64,000 nucleotides of DNA from positions 31,930,001-31,994,000 of the forward strand of contig CM120642.1 of assembly GCA_051362555.1 (NCBI GenBank), in the 5' to 3' direction. Each line of letters opens with the position of its first letter. Within the stretch, counting starts at the first letter, position 1. The position numbers and the translations under genes are program-made. Shown in pieces: positions 51,215 to 64,000 of the stretch. The DNA comes from Lingula anatina (lineage: Eukaryota; Animalia; Brachiopoda). The notes under the pieces were generated by a model. That model ran no database searches and was not told where the DNA came from. It was given only the letters and a program-made list of their open reading frames with translations.

Positions 51215-52375
51215 TTAAACTCATCAAACGTGAAGCTTTTACTACGCGCCACCGGTCATCCATTATGCATACAACAGATACGTGGAGTTATATAGCAAAT
51301 GAAAGCTATCCGTCTTCTGATATAACTGTGAAAGCGCAGCTCTTTGACAGACGAGCGTGTTTGACATTTGCAAGGACACCTAAAGGAAGTTTTAACTTCG
51401 TCTTCAACTCGATGCATTTCTCAATACATTATTAACGGGACTACCATGGTTATAAAACTAAAATGAACCTTGATCATTCAAGCGTTGTCTTATAAATCAG
51501 ATATCTCTTACAGCGAAGTTTTTTTTTTCAAAATCATGAGGATGGTTGCTCATATAACTTAACACGATCTCAAAAACAATTAATCCCAAAAAGGAGGATT
51601 TGAAATTAGAAAAAAAGACCTTGTTGCGGCAAATAAATCAATCGAAAATGGATCCGTGTTATTACCGATTGTGTGCTAAATTAATAATGACCATTTGTTA
51701 AGGTTCAAATAAAGTTTCGGAATAACACAGCATCTGTAGATCACTTTGTCATGGAAACTTGCAGAGACATACTAAAACAAACAGCACCATAAGGCTACTT
51801 GATCATGTTTTTTTTTCATTTAAGCACTGTTAAACTTCACACAACTGTTCCAATTGATATCTGTAATATTCGTCCACAGTCATCACAAATAATTTCCATG
51901 GACTACATCAGTCTCTTTCATGTGCTGTCACATTCACCCATACATCTTAAAAAAAATTGCAACCTTTATGATGAATTATCAAAGCTCAATAACATGATAT
52001 AATAAGCCGATGTGGTAAAATAACTATAAAACATATACAATTCAAATCTGACATACATGGTGTACATGTACAAAGCTTAGTAGATGTAGCCATAACATTA
52101 TTTGTATATTCTAAAATCCAATAAAATTGCTTAAATTTAAAGCCATTAACAAAATGTTAGAGAGATTAAACATTTCACAGAAGAGACATACATACAAAAT
52201 CTATTGTCAGAGGCCTCCATTTTGTGCATTTTGCCAAAATACTAAAACTGTATCCCAAGTTTTATTTGTCGGCACCAACATTTGGAGACCATCCACTTTA
52301 TTTCGAAAGTATACGTGCAGCGGTCACACAGTCTATGACAGTTAAAGAACACATTCTGCCTTGCTTTTATTGAAG

Positions 52376-54779
52376 TCACTTGGCAGAAAGTTGTAGAGAT
52401 TCCATCACAAAGGTGACAGCATGCAAAGGATCGCTGACGTCATTCATTTTGTCTCTTCTCAAGATCCAGTCTGGCCTAATTTTCATTGGTCGCTTTGAAG
52501 GCGTAAAAGGCACATACGTGGACCCAGGATAGCTCTTTGTGGCAGCCATCTTGGATTTTTTGATGAGCCTGTTTTCATTCAAGCTGTGCTTTCGCAATGT
52601 CAGCATGTGGATGCTGCGCAGACGGTCAGACATCTTGGGTAGTTTTAGAATTTCCTACAACAAAATAAACTCATGTAGTTGAAGGCTTAATGTAATTATC
52701 TTTTATTATTCACATGAGACTGGGAAATCCAAGACTTAATCAAAGGGCATTTAAAGAGTATGGACAAATGTATTTTTTGTACACAGCAAATGTATCACGC
52801 CCTTTTTCAATCAATCCACTCACAATATCTGCAATACTAGTCACAGTCTCCCGTGGTCACAATTAACACAACCCCCCACAGTCACAACTAACACAATCTC
52901 CTTGTGTCACAACTAACACATTCTCCCAGGATCACAACTAACACAATCCCATAGTGTCACACCCATCACAATGCCCAGGGTCGGACTCACCTCTCTCCTG
53001 GCCCTGTCCTGGCACAATATCCCCATCAATGTGCACACCTTACAGAAGATGCTGCTGCCCTTGTCTCTGTAGATCTGCATCAGCTCCACCAAGGTGTCAA
53101 CAGAGTCCTCAACCTGGTACACCGCCTGACGGGTCTTGTCATACTGCATGGGAGAAAACAACAGAAAGATAAGATAAATATAATGCTATCATGGAGACTA
53201 AATGGGGACTTAAATGACTACAGGTATAACTGCATGGTAAACCTGTAAATAGTCACTTCAAGTATATTAGAATAATTTTTGATACTAGGGGGTAAAATGG
53301 CAAGTTATGTGCAAGATTGTGCAGAAATGAAAGTGGACTTTTAAAAAAATCTTGAAAAAAGTGGTGAAGGCATGCAGCTGTATTTCGAAGAGTCCAAGGG
53401 CACAAATACATGAATCAAAAGACAAAAACCTGGATCTACTGGATAAATGAGGAAGACTCTCCTATTTTTTAATTGCATTAGGTGTGACAATGCGCTCACC
53501 TTGGCCAGGTTCAGCAGAATGTTCACAGAGTATTTGATGATCTCCATGTGGGGCAGACTCCTGTTACAGCTCCTGATCAGGGTGTAGATGACCCCCACTG
53601 CGTTCCCTTCCACCATTCTCTCACAGCACCGAGATGACAGCCTGGTGGCAGCATCTGAAACCAGAACACAACACAATCAACAGTTACGTACAGTCCATGA
53701 GAAAAAGAGACCATTCCCAGACCCTATTGTACTAACTTTGGATCGGACTATCTCCAAGGGGACTCTCGCTTAATTGCAATAAACTTTAGCAGCTTAGATG
53801 ACCGTCACAGCTACTGAAGCTGATAGGGGGTAATTAGCCATCGCTTGGCTGCTTTACTAGGCGTCCCTGACATCTAAGCCACTTGAGCTGAAAGCAATTT
53901 AACAAGAAAGATCTAGGGATCGGAATCCAGTCAAAGAGAAATTCTGTAAAAATGCTCGTCTACAACAGTGTAGTATATTTACCTGCCCAGTTAAAATCTG
54001 GACTCTGGAGATACATATACCTACATTTCCATTGAATATCTGAGATGATAGAATTGGTAGGCAATTGGACTTATACATGCAGTCCAACTTAATTTACCTA
54101 GATGTACTAGAGCCTCCAGGATATAGGACAGCTGTTTGTACTGGAGAAGGAAGTCCAGCGCTGACGTGGTACGGTTACAAAGTTTTTTCTCCTCTGTTGC
54201 CGCCATTGTGGCCTCCTTGAGCCGTCTGCGCACCTCGATCAATTTCTTGTCTTTCATCTGGCGCCTCGTCTTCCGTCCTCTCCACACAGCCTGAGGAAAT
54301 GACATAAGTTGCAGACTTTTTTCATGTTATGATAAAAAGGTAAGCACTTTTTACAAATCGAACACTAATGCCCATTTGTTGTCAGGCGGCATTTAAAAAA
54401 AGCATCACCCACCCTACTTGACTTTTATCTGTCAACAAACAAGGAAGGCCTTTTCATGTTACACAAGTTTATATTGATCTCATATAACATATAAGGTAAT
54501 ACATCCTATGCCAACCTGTATAGTGACTATTGCATCCTGCCACTTCTGAGCATGTCTTCGCCCTTGCCAGCCCCGCACAAAGGCCTGTATAGAGGTCGCT
54601 GCCTGGTGGCGCTGTGCCAGCCTTTGTCTCACTAAATACTGTAGCCTGGTGATGCCAGCTCTCAGCTTCAAGTAGTGAACACGCAGGAGCTTGGCACGGA
54701 TCCATCTCTGCCAAAGAGAAGAGGATAGGTCTTTATACACTCTTTTTGAGCAAGTGTTTGAACACCATTAAGTAAAAAT

Positions 54780-54810
<31 letters not shown>

Positions 54811-57800
54811 AGAGGGAGAGACAGGGGGAATGACATTTGTTCTGATTTTTTTTTCATTTGTGCCAGCCTCTATTCTTCAGACAATACTTGACATCCGTGT
54901 GTTACCTGCAGTATCAGGACAGAAGTGATCTTCTGCCTGGCCACCATCATGGCTCTGTAGTTCCTATAAGACCTCTGCAACCTGATGGCAGCCAGGTGTG
55001 TCTTTGCCACCTGGACCACTCTGACCAACACTGCTGCCCTCTTTTGTCTCTGTTCCTACAGCAAGGCAAGGGGATTATAAGAAAATTATTATAACCATGC
55101 AAAAGACTTCACCTACACAAAAAATACAGGTACATGTCAAAGCCAGATCCAATTCTCTTACAGAAACATTTGCTCTCAAAAGTGACCATCAGAAAAACAC
55201 TTTGTGCAGTGGAAACTGTATGCTTTTGTTATTGTGCCGCCATCTTCCCTGGTTGATGAGTTTCTATGGTTTAGACTTAAAGTTTACAGCTGTTTGTATT
55301 TTGCGGATCCAAATAGCAATCTTGCACAGATGATGAACCTCCTCTATAGAGATATTAGTATTAAAAATGTATTTTTTTGCTCCTTCCCCTCTCACCTTCC
55401 CACCTACTTACCTCTAGCTCCTTGTGGAGTCTGTATGCTCTGTAAACTCTCTGAATACAAACTGCAGCTCTGTGCTCACATACCAGTCTTCTATAGGTCT
55501 TCTGTGCAATCAACCTGGAATGGAGATTTTACAGCTGTCACTTGTCATGACTATATAAAGACAGCAATAATACATACTAAGCTGAAAAGTTATCTATAAA
55601 TCTGCATGGATTCTCTGACACAGAACCACTAAAAATTTACTCTTCAAAAAATAAGTCCTCTTGTAATAATCCTACCTTCTTGCATATGATTGGAGCACAA
55701 TGGCAGCCCCTCTCATAGCCTGGTACTGCTTCCTCTGTCTGTATCCATGATACATCTTCTGGATGACCACAGCTGCCCAGATGGCCTTCACCTTGTTCCT
55801 CACCATGTGACCTCTGACCCAAGCCTGGATGGTAATGGCAGCACCAACTCTGATCAGGAATTCCCTCCTCTCCTTTCTCCCTTGGATCATAGCCCTGGTA
55901 TGCTGTTGCAACACCCTCACAGCCCTCAGCTGTCTGTGGTACCTGTCTCTTGCTGTGGCTCCCCTAACGAAGGATTGGATCGTGATGGCAGCTTGCCTCA
56001 TCCTGGTGTAGCGACACCATGCCTGGTGTCCCCTCACTGCAGCCTGGATGGTAATGGCTGCACCAACAGCAATCTGGTACTCCCTCCTGACTTCTCTGGT
56101 CAGCAACACTGCCCTCCACACACGCTGAATAGTGATCCCTGCTCCTTTAACTGTCAAATACTTCCTCTGCTGTTGATAAGCTCTGACATGGGACTGTAAT
56201 TTCACCACTTTAGCCCTTGTGCTGAGGTAGGCTTGTCTTGCTAGATTCCCCCTAACTGCAGCTTGAATCTTCACCACTTTGGCCTTGGTGTTGAGATAGG
56301 CTCTTCTTGCTAGATGCCTTCTAATGGCACTCTGCATTATCACTACACATTTCTTTGTGTTCTGGTATCTCTGTCTTGCTAGATACTGCCTAATGGCACT
56401 CTGAATTGTGACGACTTTAGCTCTGGTGTCTAGATAAGCTTTTCTTGCCTGAAAACATCTAACGACACTCTGAAGCTTTACAATTTTAGACCTGGTATCT
56501 AAGAAGGCCTCTCTCTCTTCACATTGTTTGGCATGGGCCCTGAATCTGTCTTGTATGACCAAAGCTGCATTTCTCAATGTAACAAACTTCTCCCTTGTCT
56601 GCTTCATTCTCACCCAGCTCTGTACTAGTACGGCTGCCTGCTGCCTCCTCGCCATCTCTTTCCTGACCATCAGCCCCCTGGTGGTGGCTTGGAGCACTAT
56701 GCAAGCCTGTCTCAGTTTCTGATACTCCATCAGCACCTCTCTGGCCAGCTTGTTGGACCTGTAAACTCTCTGCATGCTGACTGTGGCCTGGCGGACAGCG
56801 TGATACCTCTTTGCTACAAGACAGCCCCTGACCCAGGCCTGGAGTGTCACACAGGTGGCTCTGAGGCGCAGGTACCTGTTCCTGGCAATGGTGGCCCTGA
56901 CACGTGCCTGCATGTTGATGACACAGCGTAGATAGTGCACATAATGCCTGGCCCTCCTGGCCCTGTAAGCAGCCTGGATCACAATGGCTGCCTGGCGCTG
57001 CTGGGTGTATCTCACCCTCTCCTTCCTTGCCTGCAGCTTGGCTCTGGCATATGTTTGTAGGACAAGGGCAGCATTTCTGATTTCTACATAATGCTTCCTA
57101 GCAATATAGACTCTGGCATACTTCTGCATGGTGACACAGGCCTGTCTTGTATCTAGGTACCGTTTCCTAGCAACCCAGCCCCTGATGTACTTCTGGATGG
57201 TAACGCAAGTCTTTTTTGTTTCTAGGTAGTGTTTCCTAGCAACCCAGCCCCTAGTGTACTTCTGTAAGGTAACACAGGCATTTTTGGTTTTCAAATACTG
57301 TTTCTTAGGAACCCATCCTCTGGTGTACTTCTGTAGGGTGACACATGCTTTTTTAGTTTCTTCAAAATGCTTCCTAGCTGCCCAACCCCTGGCGTACTTC
57401 TGTATGGTAAGACATGCCTGTTGCATTGCTAGGTAGCATCTCCTGGTAATCCAGCCTCTAACTGCTGCAGCAATGACGATGGCTGCACCACGGTGGATGT
57501 GGAAGTACATGAACCAAGACCTGCACAGCATCTTCTCTCTGAACCTTCTCTGGATGATCACGGCAGCTTGTCTTAGCTCCTTGAATCTCCGCGAAGCCTT
57601 GTATCTCCTCACAGCAGACTGGATCAAAATGGCTGCATTGCGCTGACGAAGATATGCCTCCCGGATCACATGACCTCTCCAGGCAGCCTGTAAGGTGATA
57701 GTTGCTCCAAGGAGAATGTTGTAGCGTAGGCGCTGCTCTTGGCCAAGCCACCATGCCCTCAGTCTTGTCTGGAGAACCAGTGCTGCCCTCTGCAACACCT

Positions 57801-60800
57801 TGTACCTCCTGCGAGCCATTCTCCGCCTCCAAAGAGCCTGAGCCTTGACGGTTGCCCTCCTGAGCTGCTCATACCTGCGTCTCTCCAGGCACATTCTGAA
57901 CACACTCTGTACTGTGACTGCCGCAGACTTCATGCATGCATACTCCTGCCTGGATTTCTGCATACTCTTCTGAGCCCTCCAACGCTGCTGTAGTGTTAAA
58001 GCGGCTTGTTTCAAGTGGCTGAATTCCTGTTGGCTTCTCCGCATACATAGGCAGGCTCTGTACCTTCTCTGCACCAACAAAACAGCTTGTCTCAACAGCT
58101 GAAACTCTTCCTTGTTCACCTGCATCTGTTTCTGGGCTCTGTATCTCCTCTGTAATGTCACTACAGATTGTTTGAGTTGATGGAATTCCTTTCTGTTTCT
58201 TTGCATTAGTTTCTGAGCCCTGTACCTTTGTTGCACTATCAAAGCGGCTTGCCTCAGGTTCTGAAATTCTTCAAACTCTCTTTGCATCTGCTTCTGAGCT
58301 CTGTACTTTTGCTGTATGCCCAAAACAGCCCATCTAAGTTGCTGAAACTCTTGTCTGTGTCTCTGCATACATTTCTGGGCTCTGTATCTCTGCTGTATTG
58401 TTGAAACAGCCTGTTTCACGGCCTGGTATTCTTGCTTGTCTCTCTGCATACATCTCTGTGCTCTGTACCTTTGCTGTAGTTTCAAGGTGGCATATTTAAG
58501 TCTCTGGAATTCTTGCATGCTTCTCTCCATACATTTCTTTGCTCTGTATCTTTGCTGTAAAGTAATGGCAGCTCTCCTGAGTTTCTGAAATTCCTCTTTG
58601 CCTCTCTGCATGTCCTTTTGTGCCCGGTACCTTTGCTGCAATGTTGACACAGCTTGTTTCATTTGCTGGTATTCCCTTCTGTCTCTCTGCATACATTTCT
58701 GTGCCCTATACCACTGCTGTATAAGCAAAGCCGCTTGTTTCAACTTCAAGAAGACAGCCCTGGTCTGGCATCTTCTTACGTGAGTCTGAAGAACAATGGC
58801 TGCTCTCTTGGTGGCAATGAAGGCTGTCTTTTCTCGATGTGCTCGGATTGCTGACTGTATCACCACAGCTGCCTTTGTCTGTTTGGAAAGTATTCTTGCA
58901 GCATGGGATCTTGCCAAGTGACGCCTCAGCAAAAATTTGCGAACAGCAGTCTGTGAAAGGAAAACAGAAAATATTTACGTAAAGCTAACAGGCAAGTTAA
59001 GATGACCTTACATTTTCAGATGTTAGGAAAACAAAACCAAAACTGAGAACTTACCACTTTCATATATAAAATGTTATTCACTTTAAATAAATAAATCAGT
59101 CTTCCCAAACTGTTACGAATGATAAATGTGAAATCTTGAGGTTACACCACAACAACTTAACCTACCTGTACTACGACAGCTGCTTTTGACTTCCTAGCCA
59201 GCTCCACCTGGTGCCTCATCTGGATAACACGTTGCCTGGCAACCACTCCCCTCCACCAGCTTTGTATTCTGATGACTGCAGAAGTTTGTTTGACCAAGGA
59301 ACGCTTCTTTAAGAAACATCTTAAGGCCCTCTGGAGCTTGATAATGGCTACGGCTTTCACCTGGGGACACAATGAAGTACTAGTAAGGTAAAACTGCCTC
59401 AACAGGGCAATAGGGAATAAATCTGAACACTATTTCAATTTCTTCTTTTTTGGTGCAAGAATGTGTGATTTGAGATTATGTTTTACTCACCCAATGCAAT
59501 CTCAAAAATCTCCAATACTTTCCAGAAACAATCTATTCTTTTTTTAAATAAAGACAAAATTTGCACACACTTCTTGTCAAAGCCATAATCAAAATTTGGA
59601 TAAAATAATATTGTGCACTACTTTAAAACAAACTCCTTTTCACAAATCAGGATTTACAGCCATCAGACCCCATCATAAAATAATAATATACTAACATACA
59701 TATTTATTAACCATTACCTGGTTAAGCTGAAGGACCTTGGTCAGTCTGTACTTCCTCCAGGCCACCTGAATGGTTCTGGCCGCCCGCGTCTCGTGCCTGA
59801 TGTCCAGCAGGCGTCCGCACAGGTAGGACACGTACGTGATGACCACCTTCTCGTCCGGGATTGTGTTGGACATCTCGGTGGACTTCAGCATCAGTGGGAC
59901 GCCTCCAAGCTCTGTCACCTGTTGGAGATTTGACAATTATAACATTATAATATTAGTACATACAGCTGTTGAAATCAAAACACTAGTTTGATTTTGATCA
60001 CTCCTACATTTTCTGATGAACTGATAGTCGTATGGTGACAAGGTTCTTCCCGTAGATCTGTTCAATCTAGTGATGTCATTAACCATTCCTACGTGCTATT
60101 ATTATTTGCTTACAGACAGTTATTTTAATTTTCTCACCTTTTCATACAAAACTTTGAAGTTTTCTTTTTCATTTGCAAGAAGCTGGTCGTACACTGGTGA
60201 CCTTCCAGATGCTGGGAAAGGATAAATACTTATTAATACAAGAAAGTTCATAAAAAGTATAGGCCAATTACTTTTCTTACCCATAACAGATGGACTAGTC
60301 ACATTAATAAACTGAAACCAACACTTAATCATAAAAACTCACCAAAAAAAGGCAAAGAATAAAAAACTATAATAGATGTAAATAATTTTTTTCAGACTAG
60401 CAAAAGGAAAAATGTGAGACAGCTTACTAGGACTATAACTCATGGACCATGTTCCATGAAAACTATCCTCTGCATCTGAGTTCTCATTCTCCTGTTCCTG
60501 GTAGGACTGGGTTGTGTCTGTCTTGATGCTCTCTAGGGGAAGGAGGGAGGGATGGTAGTGGTGGACTAGATAACACAGGGCACGGCCATCAGAAAATGAC
60601 ACAGTGAAATTTTCAACCTGAAATGTGATATATAAATGATAAAATTGTTCTGTGCTTTTACAAGAGCATCATTTTTAGAAACTTCTATTGATATGCTACC
60701 TTATGATTTTTTACATTCACTAGTTTCTGAAGGTGTTCTTTTGGATTACACTGAAAATATTGAAGATCACAAACCTTGAGATTGTAGAAAGCGCACACAG

Positions 60801-63268
60801 CCTTGCACCACTTGAGCAGCAGGCTCAAACCATTGCTCTTGAAGTACAGATCTGGCTCCATGGACTCTCGTCTGCCTCCTCTCTCAAGACCTGGCAAGAA
60901 ATATTATAGTTCTTGATATTAGAATACCTTTCTTAATTCTCTTTTTTTTTTTCTTATTCTTTTATTGAACGGGCTGCCCATGACAGACACACTGAAGACA
61001 TAACAGTGTGAAAATATACGAGAGAAATATTTCAGTATCCGAGTATAACAATCACTTAAAGAGTAAATCTTTTTGTAACAAATAGAGAACTAAACTTCAC
61101 TGAACTGATCTTTGCTGGATGGATTGAAAAATTTGCACAATGTTTGCATCATACAAACTGTTTTTCTTAGTTTCTTATCTCTATTATTTACAGTCAGTAG
61201 TGTACAATTTGTGAAGCTACTTACCCAGATCATTCTCATAGTTGAGGACGGCAGTGAGGTGTGTTTTCACACAGAGAGTCTTCTTCAGGAAGTCCACCTC
61301 TTCACGCAGCTGATCAAGATTCAGCAGCACATCAACCTGACCAGAGAAGAGAGAAGGAAAAAACTCACAAAACACATCTTGTTTATCATACACAAGAAAG
61401 TTTGCATCTCTTTACTTCTGCCGAATCGCTCCACATTGCTAGCAAATGCTAAAACATCTTTTGAAAAGTTAGCATTCAATGCCAAAGAAAGCATATTCTG
61501 AAACATGTCTTGTATCCTGTAACATTGTCTGGCAATACATTTTCCATCAAATTTCATAATTTCTCATCCCAATGTATTGGCCAAAATGAAAGACAAAATG
61601 TCCAAGTACCTGGAAGTTAAAGATGACCCTCCAAAGCATGGCCAGGGTCTTCTCCCTGTGACCATCCACCACGTCCCTGGGGTTGATGGCCCCACCCTGG
61701 GGGGTGGTCACATCCAGTCCCCTGTTAGCCAGGGCCTTGAGAGCCACCTCTACATTATGGATCTTCTGCAGCCGGCTAATGGCGGGCACTCTCAGCAGAC
61801 TGGACAGTGACCAGTCACGGGTCAGCAGCTCTACAATTCTCCTGAGATATGGAATTATTTGATTAAACTATTGTTATCTTATCAGTAATGTCTAATAATC
61901 AGTAAATAATCACAATAACATTAGTACGTAGACTCAATTTGCATCTTACCTTTATGCCTAACACTATCTTTATACAACAGAATCAGTATGTTTGAAATCT
62001 ATCTCACAAACAGTATTTCCAAAACAAGGATACTTATTGAATAACACTGCAGTAGACTCAACACATCGTAGAACCACTGAAACATTAATCAGACAGCAAA
62101 GAGTCGAGACAAGTACTTATAACAAATTCACAACTCACGCCAGCCTGACTCCATCCCTGAGGTCCTTGGACAGCTTGGTGACGGCAAAATCAAACTCGTC
62201 CAGGGCAGTTTGAGCGTGTGTGATCTGACAGCCCAGGTAACCAAGGTGACGGATGATGTCACCCTCGCCACGGAGATAGTCCCTGGAGAACTGCAAGAGG
62301 AGGTCGCGGCTGGCCTGGAAAGATGAATGACAGAAAATACCTTGAGTAAGTGGTGCAAGTATGCTGTTACATGAGAAGGAGGGACTAAACTGCACTGAGT
62401 AAAAATCTGCTACTGACGTAACAGTCGGTGCCAAATACTTATTTGGCTGCAGGCCTTTGAAGAGAACAGGGTTTGAAAACATACAAGCCCAAAACACAAA
62501 CAGTCTCTAGTAAAGGAATAAAATTACAAAAATTATTTTTCTTGCATTTGCTGTCAGACCAGTGGCTGACATTGCTGACAGATTATCTATGAAAGGCTCC
62601 GGAGGCAAGCAGGTGATAACACATTTAATGTCACTGATTTTTAGAGAAAAGTAACCATCATATCTGACAAGATGGTGCAAACATTACATGGACAAGTCAT
62701 TTTACCATTATAATATCAAAACAAAAATGAGTCGACATTTATTTTCAGCCATTCAGTTGTAGACTTACCTTGAATTCAGAGTCCTTACAAAACAAGCAGG
62801 GGTCGTGCTCAATGAGTCTGGCTCTCTTAGCGGTGTCCAGGAAGAAGACCAGGACCAGGAACTTCTTCAAGGTGAACTGGGCCAGGGCCTCATCATAGCC
62901 TGGAAACAAGATAAAACGGTACACAAAATTCCCTAATTTGTCCTTTATCTAAAAAACTTTTCTGAAATTTTCTGCCTCTTCTCTGACTGGGAAAAAAAGA
63001 GTGTGGAGGTTACTTACCGTCTCTATACAGATGTGGAACAGTGGGATGGGAGTACTTGGCTGCAATATCTGGGTTGCCAAGCAACCGGGTCAAGATGAAC
63101 CTGGACATGCCCAATACATCGTGGTTCGACTGCAGCGGCAGGATCTCCCCATAGGTAGTCTGTTCAAATACATACAGTGAGGCATAAAGTTAATCACACT
63201 GTTTATAGTGTCAAGTTCTTTACAGTATGAGCCAATTGTATTTATATTGCAGACATGAGCCTAAGTTT

Positions 63269-63310
<42 letters not shown>

Positions 63311-63734
63311 TCTGAACATTTATCATGGGACCCAACACCTAACCTTCACGAATCTCAGGAACCATCAGATTTGAATTTAAAAATTCCTTTTTTCCAGAAT
63401 GCTGAATATTCGTCTGATATTGCATGCAAGCATGAAATATGAATCACAATCTAGAACGTTAAACCCAAATAATGCCCACAGAATTGTGTGTGAAGAACAA
63501 CTTCATAATAACTAGTACCTTTAAAAAAAAGAGTTTGGAAAATGTAAGAGTCAGGGGGAGAGAAGAGGAGTGCAGCTCTTTTATGAGCTTTATGGGGTCA
63601 GGGGATATAAATACGACACTCAAATATCTGTAAAACTTGTGTATCTCTACTAGGTGCACAGCTCACCTCCAGTCCTATCCTCAGCCATAGTGGGTTGTAG
63701 GAGAGAATCATGTCAAGGACAACTTGTTTTATAC
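52376..63734 (-). CDS. ASPM: Abnormal spindle-like microcephaly-associated protein (ASPM/Asp), 3' part; 5' end beyond the window; includes a 3.3-kb IQ-repeat exon (58950-55676)
   Basis: [13 protein letters not shown]; CH-domain motifs [77 protein letters not shown]; dozens of IQ motifs; C-terminal [34 protein letters not shown]. Confidence 0.97.
52838..52972. repeat. ~25-bp minisatellite in the last ASPM intron
   Basis: About 5 copies of gtcacaactaacacaatctcc-like units. Confidence 0.8.
53710..53925. mobile_element. Diverged relative of the Harbinger-like MITE in an ASPM intron
   Basis: ccattcccaga ... gatcggactatctccaaggggactctc ... agctgatagggggtaattag, collinear with copies 1 and 2. Confidence 0.45.
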
Positions 63735-64000
63735 CTGAAACAATATCAACACATGGTTTTCTTTTACTTTTAAAAATACTATCAAGGGTTATAGATATAT
63801 ACCAAAAAAGACGGTCATCATTCAAGGATCTCAATATTGCACATGCTTAGTGCAACACTTAGTGGTCAAGATTAAAATGTGCATTTTGTTATCAAACTAT
63901 ACTTGTATATCATTTGGATGAATGGTGTCTTTTGGCATCAATGACATACATCAAGAAGTATAAATTGCAGTAAGTCAGCTCATACCTACACATACTCAGA

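Noticed and set aside
52838-52972. Repeat-spacer appearance reminiscent of CRISPR
   Set aside because: Eukaryotic intron, degenerate 25-bp tandem units, no unique spacers or cas genes.
63986-64000. Possible further ASPM exon at the window edge
   Set aside because: The required phase contains a stop; cannot be supported.

Overview
AT-rich, intron-containing eukaryotic DNA. The gene families and repeats suggest a marine invertebrate, probably a mollusc or other lophotrochozoan (inference). Splicing by hand with GT/GC-AG sites and phase matching gives, in order: (1) the terminal exon of a Q/S/E-rich protein; (2) a secreted, probably GPI-anchored Ly6/uPAR (three-finger) protein with a long Ser/Ala block; (3) a secreted PAN/Apple + Caspr-type fibrinogen-like protein; (4) a single-pass vWA membrane protein; (5) tRNA-Arg(TCG); (6) an otopetrin proton channel (- strand); (7) a CNBD2-like cyclic-nucleotide-binding gene; (8) a secreted PAN + LamG/concanavalin-like protein (- strand); (9) the 3' part of ASPM, including its giant IQ exon (- strand). 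Several MITEs, palindromes and microsatellites are also present. The most unusual feature is the CNBD2-like gene: four unrelated, ATG-initiated, basic/disordered exons lie in tandem upstream, and each has a phase-correct donor into one shared constant region. This resembles a 'variable first exon + constant region' locus. All gene models are manual and unvalidated by transcripts or database searches.
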